Positions 1 through 7,990 of a DNA stretch of 33,827 bases are shown in pieces. Numbering within the stretch: the first letter of the stretch is position 1; each line of letters begins with the position of its first letter. The stretch is from assembly GCA_016281895.1 (NCBI GenBank), contig JAEEJM010000123.1, positions 1-33,827 of the forward strand, written 5' to 3'. A program made the position numbers and the translations under genes. This DNA is from Clostridiales bacterium. GTDB lineage: Bacteria > Bacillota > Clostridia > Oscillospirales > CAG-272. Below the pieces are notes generated by a model. The model had not been told where the DNA came from, did no database searches, and worked only from the letters and a program-made list of their open reading frames with translations.

Positions 1-2925
1 CTTCGGGATCTTTGCGGAGTAGTACGAGGCTGCCGCGGGCTCCGCGGGCAGGCCGTCGCCGTCCCGGACGGGACCGCCGGGGGAGCAGACGGCAAACAGA
101 TACAGAAGCAGCTGGAGGCTCTCGCCGCCGCGGACGCGCTCAAGACTGAAGGTGCGGTCGCCGGTCTTGTAATCGACGACGCGGACATATGCCTTCCCGC
201 CGGTGCGGTAGACGTCGACTCGGTCGGCGACGCCGGACAGCGTGACCGCCGTGCCGTCGTCGAGGCGGAAAGACACGGGCGGCGCTCCGGGGCCGCCGAG
301 CTTCAGCTCGAAGTATTCGGGTATGAAGGAGGAGGCGCCGAGCTCGTCGGAGAGATCGGACAGCAGGCCCCGGGCGAGCCTTGACAGCCGTCCGGCGGTG
401 TGGAGCAGCCTGGCGGTGCGCTGGGGCGAGCCCTCGGGGGCCAGGCGCGCGACATAGTCCGCTGCGATTTTCTCGGTAAGCTTGAGCTTCTGCTCCCCCT
501 CGGGGAAGACTCCGCCGTTCTCGGTGAACACGAAGCGCAGGTAGCGCTCCAGCACGAAGTGGATGAACGAGCCCATGCTGCTGTAAGAGAACGAAGCCGG
601 GCCGGTCTCCCTGAGAGCCAGCAGATAGCGGCAGGTGAACGAGAACGGGCACGAGGCATAACTGTCGAGGCGCGACTGAGACAGGGCGATCCGACCGCGG
701 AATAGGGCGTCAGCCGACTCCGCGGAAAAGGAGTCCGACGACGCGTCGAGCGGGGCGGTGCAGGCCCCGGGCACGCCGGAGCCGGTCCGCCTGAGGGCCT
801 CCTTCAGCGACGCGCCGAACCGCGTGCCCTCGGTGATCCTCAGGTACTCTCGGGCGGCGGCCGGCGAGGTGATCCTCGCCTCGGTATCTCCGCCGGCGGC
901 AAGCCTTTCCGTGCCCGGGAGCAGCGACAGCACCCTCTCGCAAACGACGGACGGGCGGCCGTCGCCGCGGGTGAACAGGTATACGGCGGAGGAGGCGAAG
1001 GATATCGCCCTCCTGACGAAGAACAGCTCGTCCGAGGCGCGGCTCTCCCGGTCGGAGCCGAGGCGCACTCCGGCCGAAGCGAGCGCCTCGCGGTCGGCCT
1101 CGGACAGAAGGCCGGAGCGGCCGGCCGGGGCGGGGAACGAGCCGTCGTAAACTCCCGCCAGCACGGCGATCTTTATCCTTTCCGTCCTAATCATATCCGC
1201 CGATCCTATGACGACGGCGTCGGGAGTCGTGGGGATGGTCCCGACGAAGACGGTCTCGAATGCCGTCTGAAGGGCGGAGCAGTATTCTTCAAGTGACGGT
1301 CTGTCGGAGGTCCCGTAAGCGTCGGCGACGGAGTCCAGCACTTCGGTCAGAGCGTCGGCGGAGCGTACGGCCTCGGCGGCCTCGCGGGCGCGGCCCCCGG
1401 CAAGCTCCTCCGAGGCGATCTGCAGCATCCGGTCGCGGACGCCGAGCTCCTCGGTGAACTCGTAGGTCGCCCGGCACATGTCAAGGCAGCTCGCGGAGGC
1501 CCCCAGCTTCTCGAAATAGGCTGAGAGGAAGGGCACCACGGCCTCCCTTACGCGGTTGGCGGTCTCGAGATCGGCGGCGGCCCTCGGGGACAGCTCGGGC
1601 TCGTATCCGTCCGGGTTCATCTGCCACGCGCCGTCCGGGAAGAAGCCCCTGCCGCCTATGTTCCACCTCTCGGTATAGGTCTCGAAAACGTCCGCGTCCC
1701 GGGCACCGACTCCGGACAGGCCCGTGCGCAGATAGGTGACGAGCTCGTCGCGCCGCCAGCCGGAGAGAAAGACGCGCAGTGACGAGATGACCAGGCGCGC
1801 CGGCGCCGAGGCCGAGACGGGCCTTTTCTCGGAGAGATAATACGGTATGCCGGCCTTTTCGAATTCCGGCTCGATGATGCCCCTGTATTCTCCCGCGTCG
1901 CGGGCGATGACGGCTATGTCACGGCACCGCAGCCCGCCCCGAAGCTCCTTTCTTACGACGGCGGCGATCTCCTCGCACTCGTCGAAGATGTCCGCGGCGG
2001 TGACGATCCTGACCGAACCGTCCGCGGAGTCCCGCTCCCCGCCGTCATCGGTGTCCGGGACGGCGTCGAGCCTCCACAGTGCCGACGAGAGAAGCTCAGG
2101 CCCGCGCCCGGTGTAGCGGTGCGGGACGGTCAGGATCTCGGTCTCGGCCGGCAGGCCGAGCGCCGAGGCGGCAAGGCGGACCTCGTCGGACATCCGCCTC
2201 TGCGAGACGGTGTCGATGCCTCGCGACTGCGGAGACGGCAGCGAAAAAGTGACGCAGGTGAGCCCGGCCTGCCTCATTATCTCTCCGAGCACCCTGCGCT
2301 CGGAGCCCGTCAGGCTCTGGAAGGAGTCGAGATACACGTGAGCCCCGGCAAAAAAGTTACGCTTCGCGAGAGCATCGGCAAGGCGGGAAAGGTCGTCCGC
2401 GGAGTCGGAGAAGCGCTCGGCGAGCATCGCCCCGTAGGCGGCCGCGACGGTGGCAAGGTCCGCAAGCTTTGCGGCGGCAGGCGACGACGGCACCGACGAG
2501 GCGAGGGCGCGGCCTGCCTCCTCGACGTCGACGCCGGAGGCCTTGAACTCGTCGAGGGCAGCCAGCAGCACGCCGGGGAAGGAGCGGTCGGAGGCGGAGA
2601 CGCCCCCGTATTCGCGCAAGAGGGGGAAGACCTGCCTGACCGCGCGCTGCATGACGAGCCTGCGGACGGTATCGGAGGCGTAGTCGTAATGCAGGCCGCC
2701 GGTCTCGCGGAAGACGCGGTTCGGCAGGCGCGAGAAATTCAGGACCTCGCAGGAGAGCTGGGCCCCGGGCGGAAGCATCTGCGCCGCGAGCAGTTCGGCC
2801 TCGACGGTTATCTGCTCGGGGACTATGAGAAACGAACGGATCCCGGCTTCCGCGTCCTGCTTCAGCATGGACATGACGCGCCCGGTCTTGCCGGTGCCGG
2901 GGTCGCCGTAAATGAGCCTTATCAT
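1..2925 (-). CDS. addB: ATP-dependent helicase/nuclease subunit B (AddB/RexB family), truncated by the left window edge
   Basis: Absent from the ORF track because no stop lies in the window; translated by hand at several points, all in one frame. N-terminus MIRLIYGDPGTGKT (Walker A), SCPF (first Fe-S cysteine), RecB-type nuclease motif GVADRVD...VVDYKTG...QLLLY. ATG at 2925 overlaps the queG stop (ATGA). Confidence 0.9.
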   Translation of the reverse strand, partial: MIRLIYGDPGTGKTGRVMSMLKQDAEAGIRSFLIVPEQITVEAELLAAQMLPPGAQLSCEVLNFSRLPNRVFRETGGLHYDYASDTVRRLVMQRAVRQVFPLLREYGGVSASDRSFPGVLLAALDEFKASGVDVEEAGRALASSVPSSPAAAKLADLATVAAAYGAMLAERFSDSADDLSRLADALAKRNFFAGAHVYLDSFQSLTGSERRVLGEIMRQAGLTCVTFSLPSPQSRGIDTVSQRRMSDEVRLAASALGLPAETEILTVPHRYTGRGPELLSSALWRLDAVPDTDDGGERDSADGSVRIVTAADIFDECEEIAAVVRKELRGGLRCRDIAVIARDAGEYRGIIEPEFEKAGIPYYLSEKRPVSASAPARLVISSLRVFLSGWRRDELVTYLRTGLSGVGARDADVFETYTERWNIGGRGFFPDGAWQMNPDGYEPELSPRAAADLETANRVREAVVPFLSAYFEKLGASASCLDMCRATYEFTEELGVRDRMLQIASEELAGGRAREAAEAVRSADALTEVLDSVADAYGTSDRPSLEEYCSALQTAFETVFVGTIPTTPDAVVIGSADMIRTERIKIAVLAGVYDGSFPAPAGRSGLLSEADREALASAGVRLGSDRESRASDELFFVRRAISFASSAVYLFTRGDGRPSVVCERVLSLLPGTERLAAGGDTEARITSPAAAREYLRITEGTRFGASLKEALRRTGSGVPGACTAPLDASSDSFSAESADALFRGRIALSQSRLDSYASCPFSFTCRYLLALRETGPASFSYSSMGSFIHFVLERYLRFVFTENGGVFPEGEQKLKLTEKIAADYVARLAPEGSPQRTARLLHTAGRLSRLARGLLSDLSDELGASSFIPEYFELKLGGPGAPPVSFRLDDGTAVTLSGVADRVDVYRTGGKAYVRVVDYKTGDRTFSLERVRGGESLQLLLYLFAVCSPGGPVRDGDGLPAEPAAASYYSAKIPK

Positions 2926-3737
2926 TCTTTGCCGCCCCCTTCTCCGAGCAGAGCGAGGTTGCGCAGGATAGGTCCCGGGCCGCGCCATGAGTAGGCGCGC
3001 TCGCGGAATCTCTGCCCGTCGCGAATGAGCTCCGGGTCCGGGCAGGCGATGTTATCCTCAAGGAACCACGGGTCGGTCGAGTACAGAGTTCCGTTCCTGC
3101 GGGCCCGTTCGGTATAAGGGCAGACGAGCTGGCACACGTCGCAGCCCCAGACGGAGCGGTTGCGGCGTATGAGCTCCTCCTGGCCGGGGGAGAGCTCGCC
3201 CTTCGTCTGGGTGAGCGCAGACAGGCAGCCCTCGGGATCGCCGAAGGCGGCCGGACAGGCCTCGGCGCAGCGCCCGCAGTCGAGGCAGCGGCCGGGCTCG
3301 ACGGCCTCGCGCTCGGGGGGCAGGGTGCTGAAGGCCTCGAAAATGAATACGAAGGACGAATGCTCCGGAGTTATCAGCAGCCTGTTGCGCCCTATGACGC
3401 CAAGCCCTGCCCGGGCGGCCGCGTCGGCCTCGTCGATGGGCGAGTTGTCGCCGCACACGCGGATCCTCTCGCCGGGGAAGGCGGCGCCGAAGTCATCGGC
3501 GATGCGCTCCGCCGCGGCCCGCACGAAGATGTGATAGTCCCGGGGCACGGCGTACGCGGAGACGGTCCTCGGGCCGTCGCAGGCCGGAGTGTAATAAGGT
3601 ATGATCCCCACGCAGACCGAGCGCGGCAGAAAGCCGAAGCGGGAGAGCTTCGGCGGATCCGTCACGCGGCAGGCCTCGAACGGTATGGAGGCGGCCGACG
3701 CGGCGCCGTTCGACTTGAGGATGGATGACAGAAGCAT
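2922..3737 (-). CDS. queG: Epoxyqueuosine reductase QueG-like protein (two 4Fe-4S clusters), short form
   Basis: DYH, DNSPIDE..AARAGLG.IGRN.LLI, CLDCGRCAEACP, CLSALTQ and WGCDVCQLVCP match the QueG motif order. No Shine-Dalgarno before the ATG, so the start is uncertain. Confidence 0.75.
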   Translation of the reverse strand: MLLSSILKSNGAASAASIPFEACRVTDPPKLSRFGFLPRSVCVGIIPYYTPACDGPRTVSAYAVPRDYHIFVRAAAERIADDFGAAFPGERIRVCGDNSPIDEADAAARAGLGVIGRNRLLITPEHSSFVFIFEAFSTLPPEREAVEPGRCLDCGRCAEACPAAFGDPEGCLSALTQTKGELSPGQEELIRRNRSVWGCDVCQLVCPYTERARRNGTLYSTDPWFLEDNIACPDPELIRDGQRFRERAYSWRGPGPILRNLALLGEGGGKE

Positions 3738-3887
3738 GTGATGAAAGAAGAAAAAACAGACGAAGGACGGATCGCCGGACGGGCAAAAGCAAAAAAGAAA
3801 AACCCGGAAGACAAAGGCGAAAAAGAAAACCGGCAGAGTGAACGGGGAGGGAGAAAGGGCGCGGGCTGCGATATTTATACTATTTCT

Positions 3888-3916
3888 ATGTTACCATATT
3901 TCTAACGTTAAATCAA
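3888..3916 (-). promoter_or_regulatory. Putative sigma-A promoter for queG-addB
   Basis: Minus strand TTGATT (3916-3911), 17 nt, TAACAT (3893-3888) with TGn extended -10. Confidence 0.55.
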
Positions 3917-3938
3917 CTGTTAAATCAAGTTAAATCAA
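3907..3938. repeat. Three exact copies of GTTAAATCAA
   Basis: Copies at 3907-3916, 3919-3928 and 3929-3938. Confidence 0.9.
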
Positions 3939-4020
3939 CTCTTTTTCGGCGTTTTTCGGCCGGGCGGGAAAAGCAGGCGGACAGCGGGTCCGGAATGGAT
4001 CGACGTCCCGGCCCGCGGAT

Positions 4021-4124
4021 TGTGAAAACGCGGGTAAACTGTAGTTACTTTGTGTGATATTCAGCCTTTTTTAATCATAACTTCAAAAATATTTCACATT
4101 GGAGTACTATAATCTATATGAAAA
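4021..4124 (+). promoter_or_regulatory. htrA promoter region: -10 TATAAT without a canonical -35, plus TTTTCAYA-like octamers
   Basis: TATAAT at 4108-4113. TGTGAAAA 4021-4028 and TATGAAAA 4117-4124 (reverse complements TTTTCACA, TTTTCATA); ACTTCAAA 4080-4087 and ATTTCACA 4091-4098 are 11 bp apart. Confidence 0.5.
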
Positions 4125-4171
4125 CACAGGCGCGCGGGACGCGCGCCGCGGCACTGTCTGGAGGTATCATC

Positions 4172-5491
4172 ATGAACGGCTATCCCAACGGGTATTCGAA
4201 CGGCTATCCGAACGGAAACAACAGCTATCCGAACGGAAACAACAGCTATCCGAACGGAAACAACAACTCTGGCGGGAACTCCGCCAAAAAGTCCGGCGGG
4301 GCGGGGAGGATAATCTTCTTCATCGCGCTGACGCTGGTCATCCTCGCACTGATCATAGGCGCTGTGGCGGTGGGCTGCATGTACCTGTTCAAATCCGCGA
4401 TGACGGCCTACTGGAACTATATGGAGCGGAACGGAAGCGAAACTGCAGCCGAGGCCGGACAGCAGCAGACCGATCAGTCGCCGGCGCAGACCGTGGACAT
4501 CGGCGCCGTGGTTCTGCCGGAGGTCAATCTCTCTGCGGCGCACTCGTCGTCCGAGATGAGCATAGCGGAAACGGTCAAGATCGTAAAGGACTCCGTGGTG
4601 GAGATCACAACAGAGATAAAATCGTCCGGCGGTTTTTCCCGGCAGTATGTTATAAGCGGAGCGGGCTCCGGGGTGATAATATCCGAAACGGGGCTCGTCA
4701 TAACCAACAACCACGTCATTGACGGAGCCAGCAGAATCACTGTCAGACTAACAAACGGCAATGAATTCGAGGCCATGCTGATCGGGACTGACGAAGAGAA
4801 CGACATAGCCGTGCTCTCCTTCGCGCCGGGCGGCGAGAAGCTGACGGCCGCGAAGAACGGCAACAGCGACATACTCGAGACCGGCCAGCAGATCATAGTC
4901 ATAGGCAACCCGCTCGGGGAGCTTGGCGGCACCGTGACCAGCGGCATCATCTCGTGCACGGCCAGGGAGATCCAGGTCGAGGACGTGGGCACCATGACGC
5001 TACTCCAGACCGACGCGGCCGTCAACCCCGGCAACTCCGGCGGAGGCATGTTCAACCTCTACGGGGAGCTTATCGGCATCGTGAACGCCAAGTCCTCCGG
5101 CACCTCGGTCGAGGGCCTCGGCTTCGCCATCCCGGTCAACACGGCCTGGAAGATAGCCTCCGAGCTCATCAACTACGGCTACGTCCGCGGCAGGGCTTCG
5201 CTCGATCTTTCATATGTCGACTTCAGCAGTTTTGAAGCGATGTACTACTTCAAGCGCAGCAACATGCCCGCAGGAGTGTATATTTTTGAATCCAACGAAA
5301 AACTTGGAGTTTCGTTCGGCGACCGCATCATAAGCATCAACGAGACGGAGATCACCTCGTCGGCCGACATCAGCGCCTTCCTGAAGAAGTGCTCCGTCGG
5401 CGATACCGTGAAACTGACGGTCATGCGCAGCGGAAAGACCGTCACGGTCAGCATTAAGCTCGTCGAAAAGAAGCCGGCGGCTTCTAACTGA
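4172..5491 (+). CDS. htrA: HtrA/DegP-family membrane-anchored serine protease with PDZ domain
   Basis: GSGVII, TNNHV (His), DIAVL (Asp), TDAAVNPGNSGG (Ser), C-terminal PDZ, one N-terminal TM helix. Start moved to ATG 4172 after GGAGGT at 4160-4165. Confidence 0.95.
   Translation: MNGYPNGYSNGYPNGNNSYPNGNNSYPNGNNNSGGNSAKKSGGAGRIIFFIALTLVILALIIGAVAVGCMYLFKSAMTAYWNYMERNGSETAAEAGQQQTDQSPAQTVDIGAVVLPEVNLSAAHSSSEMSIAETVKIVKDSVVEITTEIKSSGGFSRQYVISGAGSGVIISETGLVITNNHVIDGASRITVRLTNGNEFEAMLIGTDEENDIAVLSFAPGGEKLTAAKNGNSDILETGQQIIVIGNPLGELGGTVTSGIISCTAREIQVEDVGTMTLLQTDAAVNPGNSGGGMFNLYGELIGIVNAKSSGTSVEGLGFAIPVNTAWKIASELINYGYVRGRASLDLSYVDFSSFEAMYYFKRSNMPAGVYIFESNEKLGVSFGDRIISINETEITSSADISAFLKKCSVGDTVKLTVMRSGKTVTVSIKLVEKKPAASN
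4203..4265 (+). repeat. 3 x 21-bp in-frame tandem repeat in the htrA 5' end (YPNGNNS)
   Basis: GCTATCCGAACGGAAACAACA at 4203, 4224 and 4245. Confidence 0.95.
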
Positions 5492-5518
5492 AATAAACGT
5501 ACCGGAAGGGGACTGCAG

Positions 5519-6208
5519 ATGTACAACATACTGATCGTCGATGACGAGAGCGGCATCCGCTCCATCGTCAGGAAATACGGCGAGTTCGAGGGACACAAGG
5601 TGACCGAGGCGTCCGACGGGATGCAGGCGGTCGAGCTCTGCAGAAACAACAAGTTCGACATCGTCATCATGGACATAATGATGCCGGAGCTCGACGGCTT
5701 TTCCGCCGTGAGGGAGATACGCAAGTTCAGCCAGGTCCCGATCATCATCCTGTCCGCCAGGGGCGAGGAATACGACAAGATCAACGGCTTCTGCCTCGGC
5801 ATCGACGATTACGTCGTCAAGCCCTTCTCGCCGAAGGAACTCATGATGCGCGTCGTGGCCGTCATGAAGCGCGCGAACGCGGTAAAGACGCCGTCCAGGG
5901 AGCACGAGGTCGTCGAGCTCGACAACGGAGGGCTGAAGGCGGACCTTACCGCCAGGATAGTCTACATCGACGGCGAGCGCATCGAGATGTCGCCGAAGGA
6001 GTACGAGCTGTTCTTCTACATGCTGGCCAACCGCGACGTGGCTCTCTCGCGCGAGAAGCTGCTGACCGACGTCTGGGGCTACGATTTCTACGGCGACGCC
6101 AGGACCCTGGACACGCACGTGAAGCTGCTGAGAAAGTCGCTCGGGCGCTACGCCTCGTGCATAGTGACGCTCAGGGGCATCGGATACCGCTTTGAAGAAA
6201 AAGCCTGA
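5519..6208 (+). CDS. OmpR/PhoB-family response regulator
   Basis: ILIVDDE, MDIMMP (phospho-Asp), KPF, winged helix VWGYDF...RTLDTHVK.LR...RGIGYRF. Confidence 0.95.
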   Translation: MYNILIVDDESGIRSIVRKYGEFEGHKVTEASDGMQAVELCRNNKFDIVIMDIMMPELDGFSAVREIRKFSQVPIIILSARGEEYDKINGFCLGIDDYVVKPFSPKELMMRVVAVMKRANAVKTPSREHEVVELDNGGLKADLTARIVYIDGERIEMSPKEYELFFYMLANRDVALSREKLLTDVWGYDFYGDARTLDTHVKLLRKSLGRYASCIVTLRGIGYRFEEKA

Positions 6209-7760
6209 GCTCCGGGAGCTGGGCCGAAGGAAGAAGGCCGCCTTCCGCAAGTACGGGCTGGGGATCAGGGGGAGGCTGGTCATGTGCTTCTCCTGCTTCC
6301 TGCTGTTCATGCTCATCATCATCTGGATCTTCCAGATCTTCCTGCTCGACACGTTCTACAAGCGGGCAAAGATTAAGGAGCTCGACGACGCCTGCCAGGC
6401 CATTGCCGGCGCGTCGGGCGACGAGCAGCGGGTGGCCTACGGCCTTGCAATGCGATACAACCTGTGCATAAGGGTCTTTGCGGTGGGCGACTCCTCGCTC
6501 GGCAACGAGACGCTGTCGGTCGAGAACTCGGCCGCGTGCGCCATCCACCATATGCCGCGCGACGTGCTGTACAGATATTACGTTCAGGCCGTCGACAGCG
6601 GCGGCAAGTACACCTATGAATTCACTCCCGGCAGCCAGCCTCCCGGCGACACGGCCGAGCCCGGCGAAGGGGAGCAGGAGGCCGAAGCGAAGTGGCGCAG
6701 GCGCTTTCTGCGCTCGTCCGACCCGAGCCTCACACAGATCATGTGCGTGAGCGAGCTCACCGCGTCCGACGGTACCGTGTACGCCCTGTTCCTCAACACC
6801 GAGTGCACGCCTCTCAACGCGACGATCTCCACCATGAACACCCAGTACCTGTGGATCGCCAGCGGCACACTGCTGATAGCGGTCGTGCTGGCCCTGGTGT
6901 TCGCGAGCGCCGTGTCGGGGCCGCTCGAGCGCATGACCAAGGCCGCCCGCAGGATGGCTGAGGGTGACTACCGGCCCGAGTTCCGCGTCGAGGGCTACAG
7001 GGAGACCCGCGAGCTTGCCGACGCGCTGAACTACGCCGTCGGCGAGATCGACAAGTCCGACCGCCTGCAGAAGGAGCTCATTGCCAACGTGTCGCACGAC
7101 CTGCGCACCCCGCTCACGATGATCTCCGGCTACGCCGAGGTCATGAAGGACATCCCGGGCGAGAGCACGCCCGAGAACCTGCAGGTCATAATAGACGAGG
7201 CGGGGCACCTCACGGATCTCGTCAACGACATGCTCGACCTGTCGAGGCTCAACGCGGGCACGAGGGAGCCCGTCATGGAGGTCTTCGACCTTACGGCGGC
7301 CGTGTCCGAGGTCATATCGCGCTTTTCGAGCCTGACCTCGTACGAGGGCTATTCGCTGAGCTTCTCGCACGGCGGCAGCGTGTACGTCAGAGCCGACCGC
7401 TCTATGATAGTCCAGGTCGTCTACAACCTCATCGGAAACGCGGTCAACTACTCCGGCGACGAAAGGACCGTCCTCGTCGTGCAGAGCGCGGGCGCGGCGG
7501 ACTCTTCCGTCAGGATAACCGTCACGGACCACGGAGAGGGCATCGCCCCCGAGGACCTGCCTCTCATATGGGACCGATATTACAAGGTCGACCGCCAGCA
7601 CAAGAGGGCGTCGCACGGCAGCGGGATCGGTCTGTCGATAGTGCGCGGCAACCTCGAGCTGCACGGCGCCGATTTCGGCGTGGACAGCACGCCGGGACAG
7701 GGCTCGTCGTTCTGGTTCGAGCTGAAGACCGTGCCCGGAGAAGGCAATACGGAACGGTGA
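6192..7760 (+). CDS. HAMP-domain sensor histidine kinase
   Basis: Two TM segments, HAMP, H-box NVSHDLRTPL, N-box NLIGNAVNY, G1 DHGEGI, G2 GSGIGLSIV. TTG start overlaps the regulator; exact start uncertain. Confidence 0.93.
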   Translation: MKKKPELRELGRRKKAAFRKYGLGIRGRLVMCFSCFLLFMLIIIWIFQIFLLDTFYKRAKIKELDDACQAIAGASGDEQRVAYGLAMRYNLCIRVFAVGDSSLGNETLSVENSAACAIHHMPRDVLYRYYVQAVDSGGKYTYEFTPGSQPPGDTAEPGEGEQEAEAKWRRRFLRSSDPSLTQIMCVSELTASDGTVYALFLNTECTPLNATISTMNTQYLWIASGTLLIAVVLALVFASAVSGPLERMTKAARRMAEGDYRPEFRVEGYRETRELADALNYAVGEIDKSDRLQKELIANVSHDLRTPLTMISGYAEVMKDIPGESTPENLQVIIDEAGHLTDLVNDMLDLSRLNAGTREPVMEVFDLTAAVSEVISRFSSLTSYEGYSLSFSHGGSVYVRADRSMIVQVVYNLIGNAVNYSGDERTVLVVQSAGAADSSVRITVTDHGEGIAPEDLPLIWDRYYKVDRQHKRASHGSGIGLSIVRGNLELHGADFGVDSTPGQGSSFWFELKTVPGEGNTER

Positions 7761-7767
7761 CGCAAAC

Positions 7768-7794
7768 GGGGATGTCCGTGAGACGGGCATCCCC
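7768..7794. terminator. GC-rich stem-loop after the kinase gene (possible terminator or 3' stabiliser)
   Basis: GGGGATGTCCGT-GAG-ACGGGCATCCCC; no clear U-tract on the + strand. Confidence 0.45.
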
Positions 7795-7799
7795 TCGGC

Positions 7800-7905
7800 C
7801 TTCATTCCTTCATTTGCGCGCCGCGCGCGGCTTCACTGCCGCGCAGCGGCACTTCATTTGCGCGCCGCGCGCGCAACTTCATTGCCGCCGAAGGCGGCAC
7901 TTCAT
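7800..7905. repeat. Array of CTTCAY hexamers separated by short GC hairpins (REP/BIME-like)
   Basis: CTTCAY at 7800, 7808, 7831, 7852, 7877 and 7900. The four longer spacers are hairpins: TTGCGCG-CCG-CGCGCGG, TGCCGC-GCA-GCGGCA, TTGCGCGC-CGC-GCGCGCAA, TGCCGCC-GAA-GGCGGCA. Confidence 0.85.
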
Positions 7906-7922
7906 TCCCCTAAAACCGGGTC

Positions 7923-7951
7923 TTGCATTTTTCCCTGATCTGTAGTATAAT
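7923..7951 (+). promoter_or_regulatory. Putative sigma-A promoter for the srtB operon
   Basis: TTGCAT (7923-7928), 17 nt, TATAAT (7946-7951). Confidence 0.65.
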
Positions 7952-7990
7952 ACAATAAATATGCGCTTTTATTCAAGCAAGGGGTAGCCA

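Noticed and set aside
140-2994. The many short ORFs listed over the first 3 kb
   Set aside because: They are shadow frames of addB, which the track missed because it runs off the edge.
5210-7805. Long antisense ORFs of 380 and 544 aa opposite the two-component genes (similar ones lie opposite the ABC, recJ and rel genes)
   Set aside because: Expected from high GC at third codon positions; no recognisable motifs, and they overlap well-supported genes.
7800-7905. CRISPR array
   Set aside because: The constant unit is only 6 bp, the 15-19 bp spacers are palindromic and resemble each other, and no cas genes are present.
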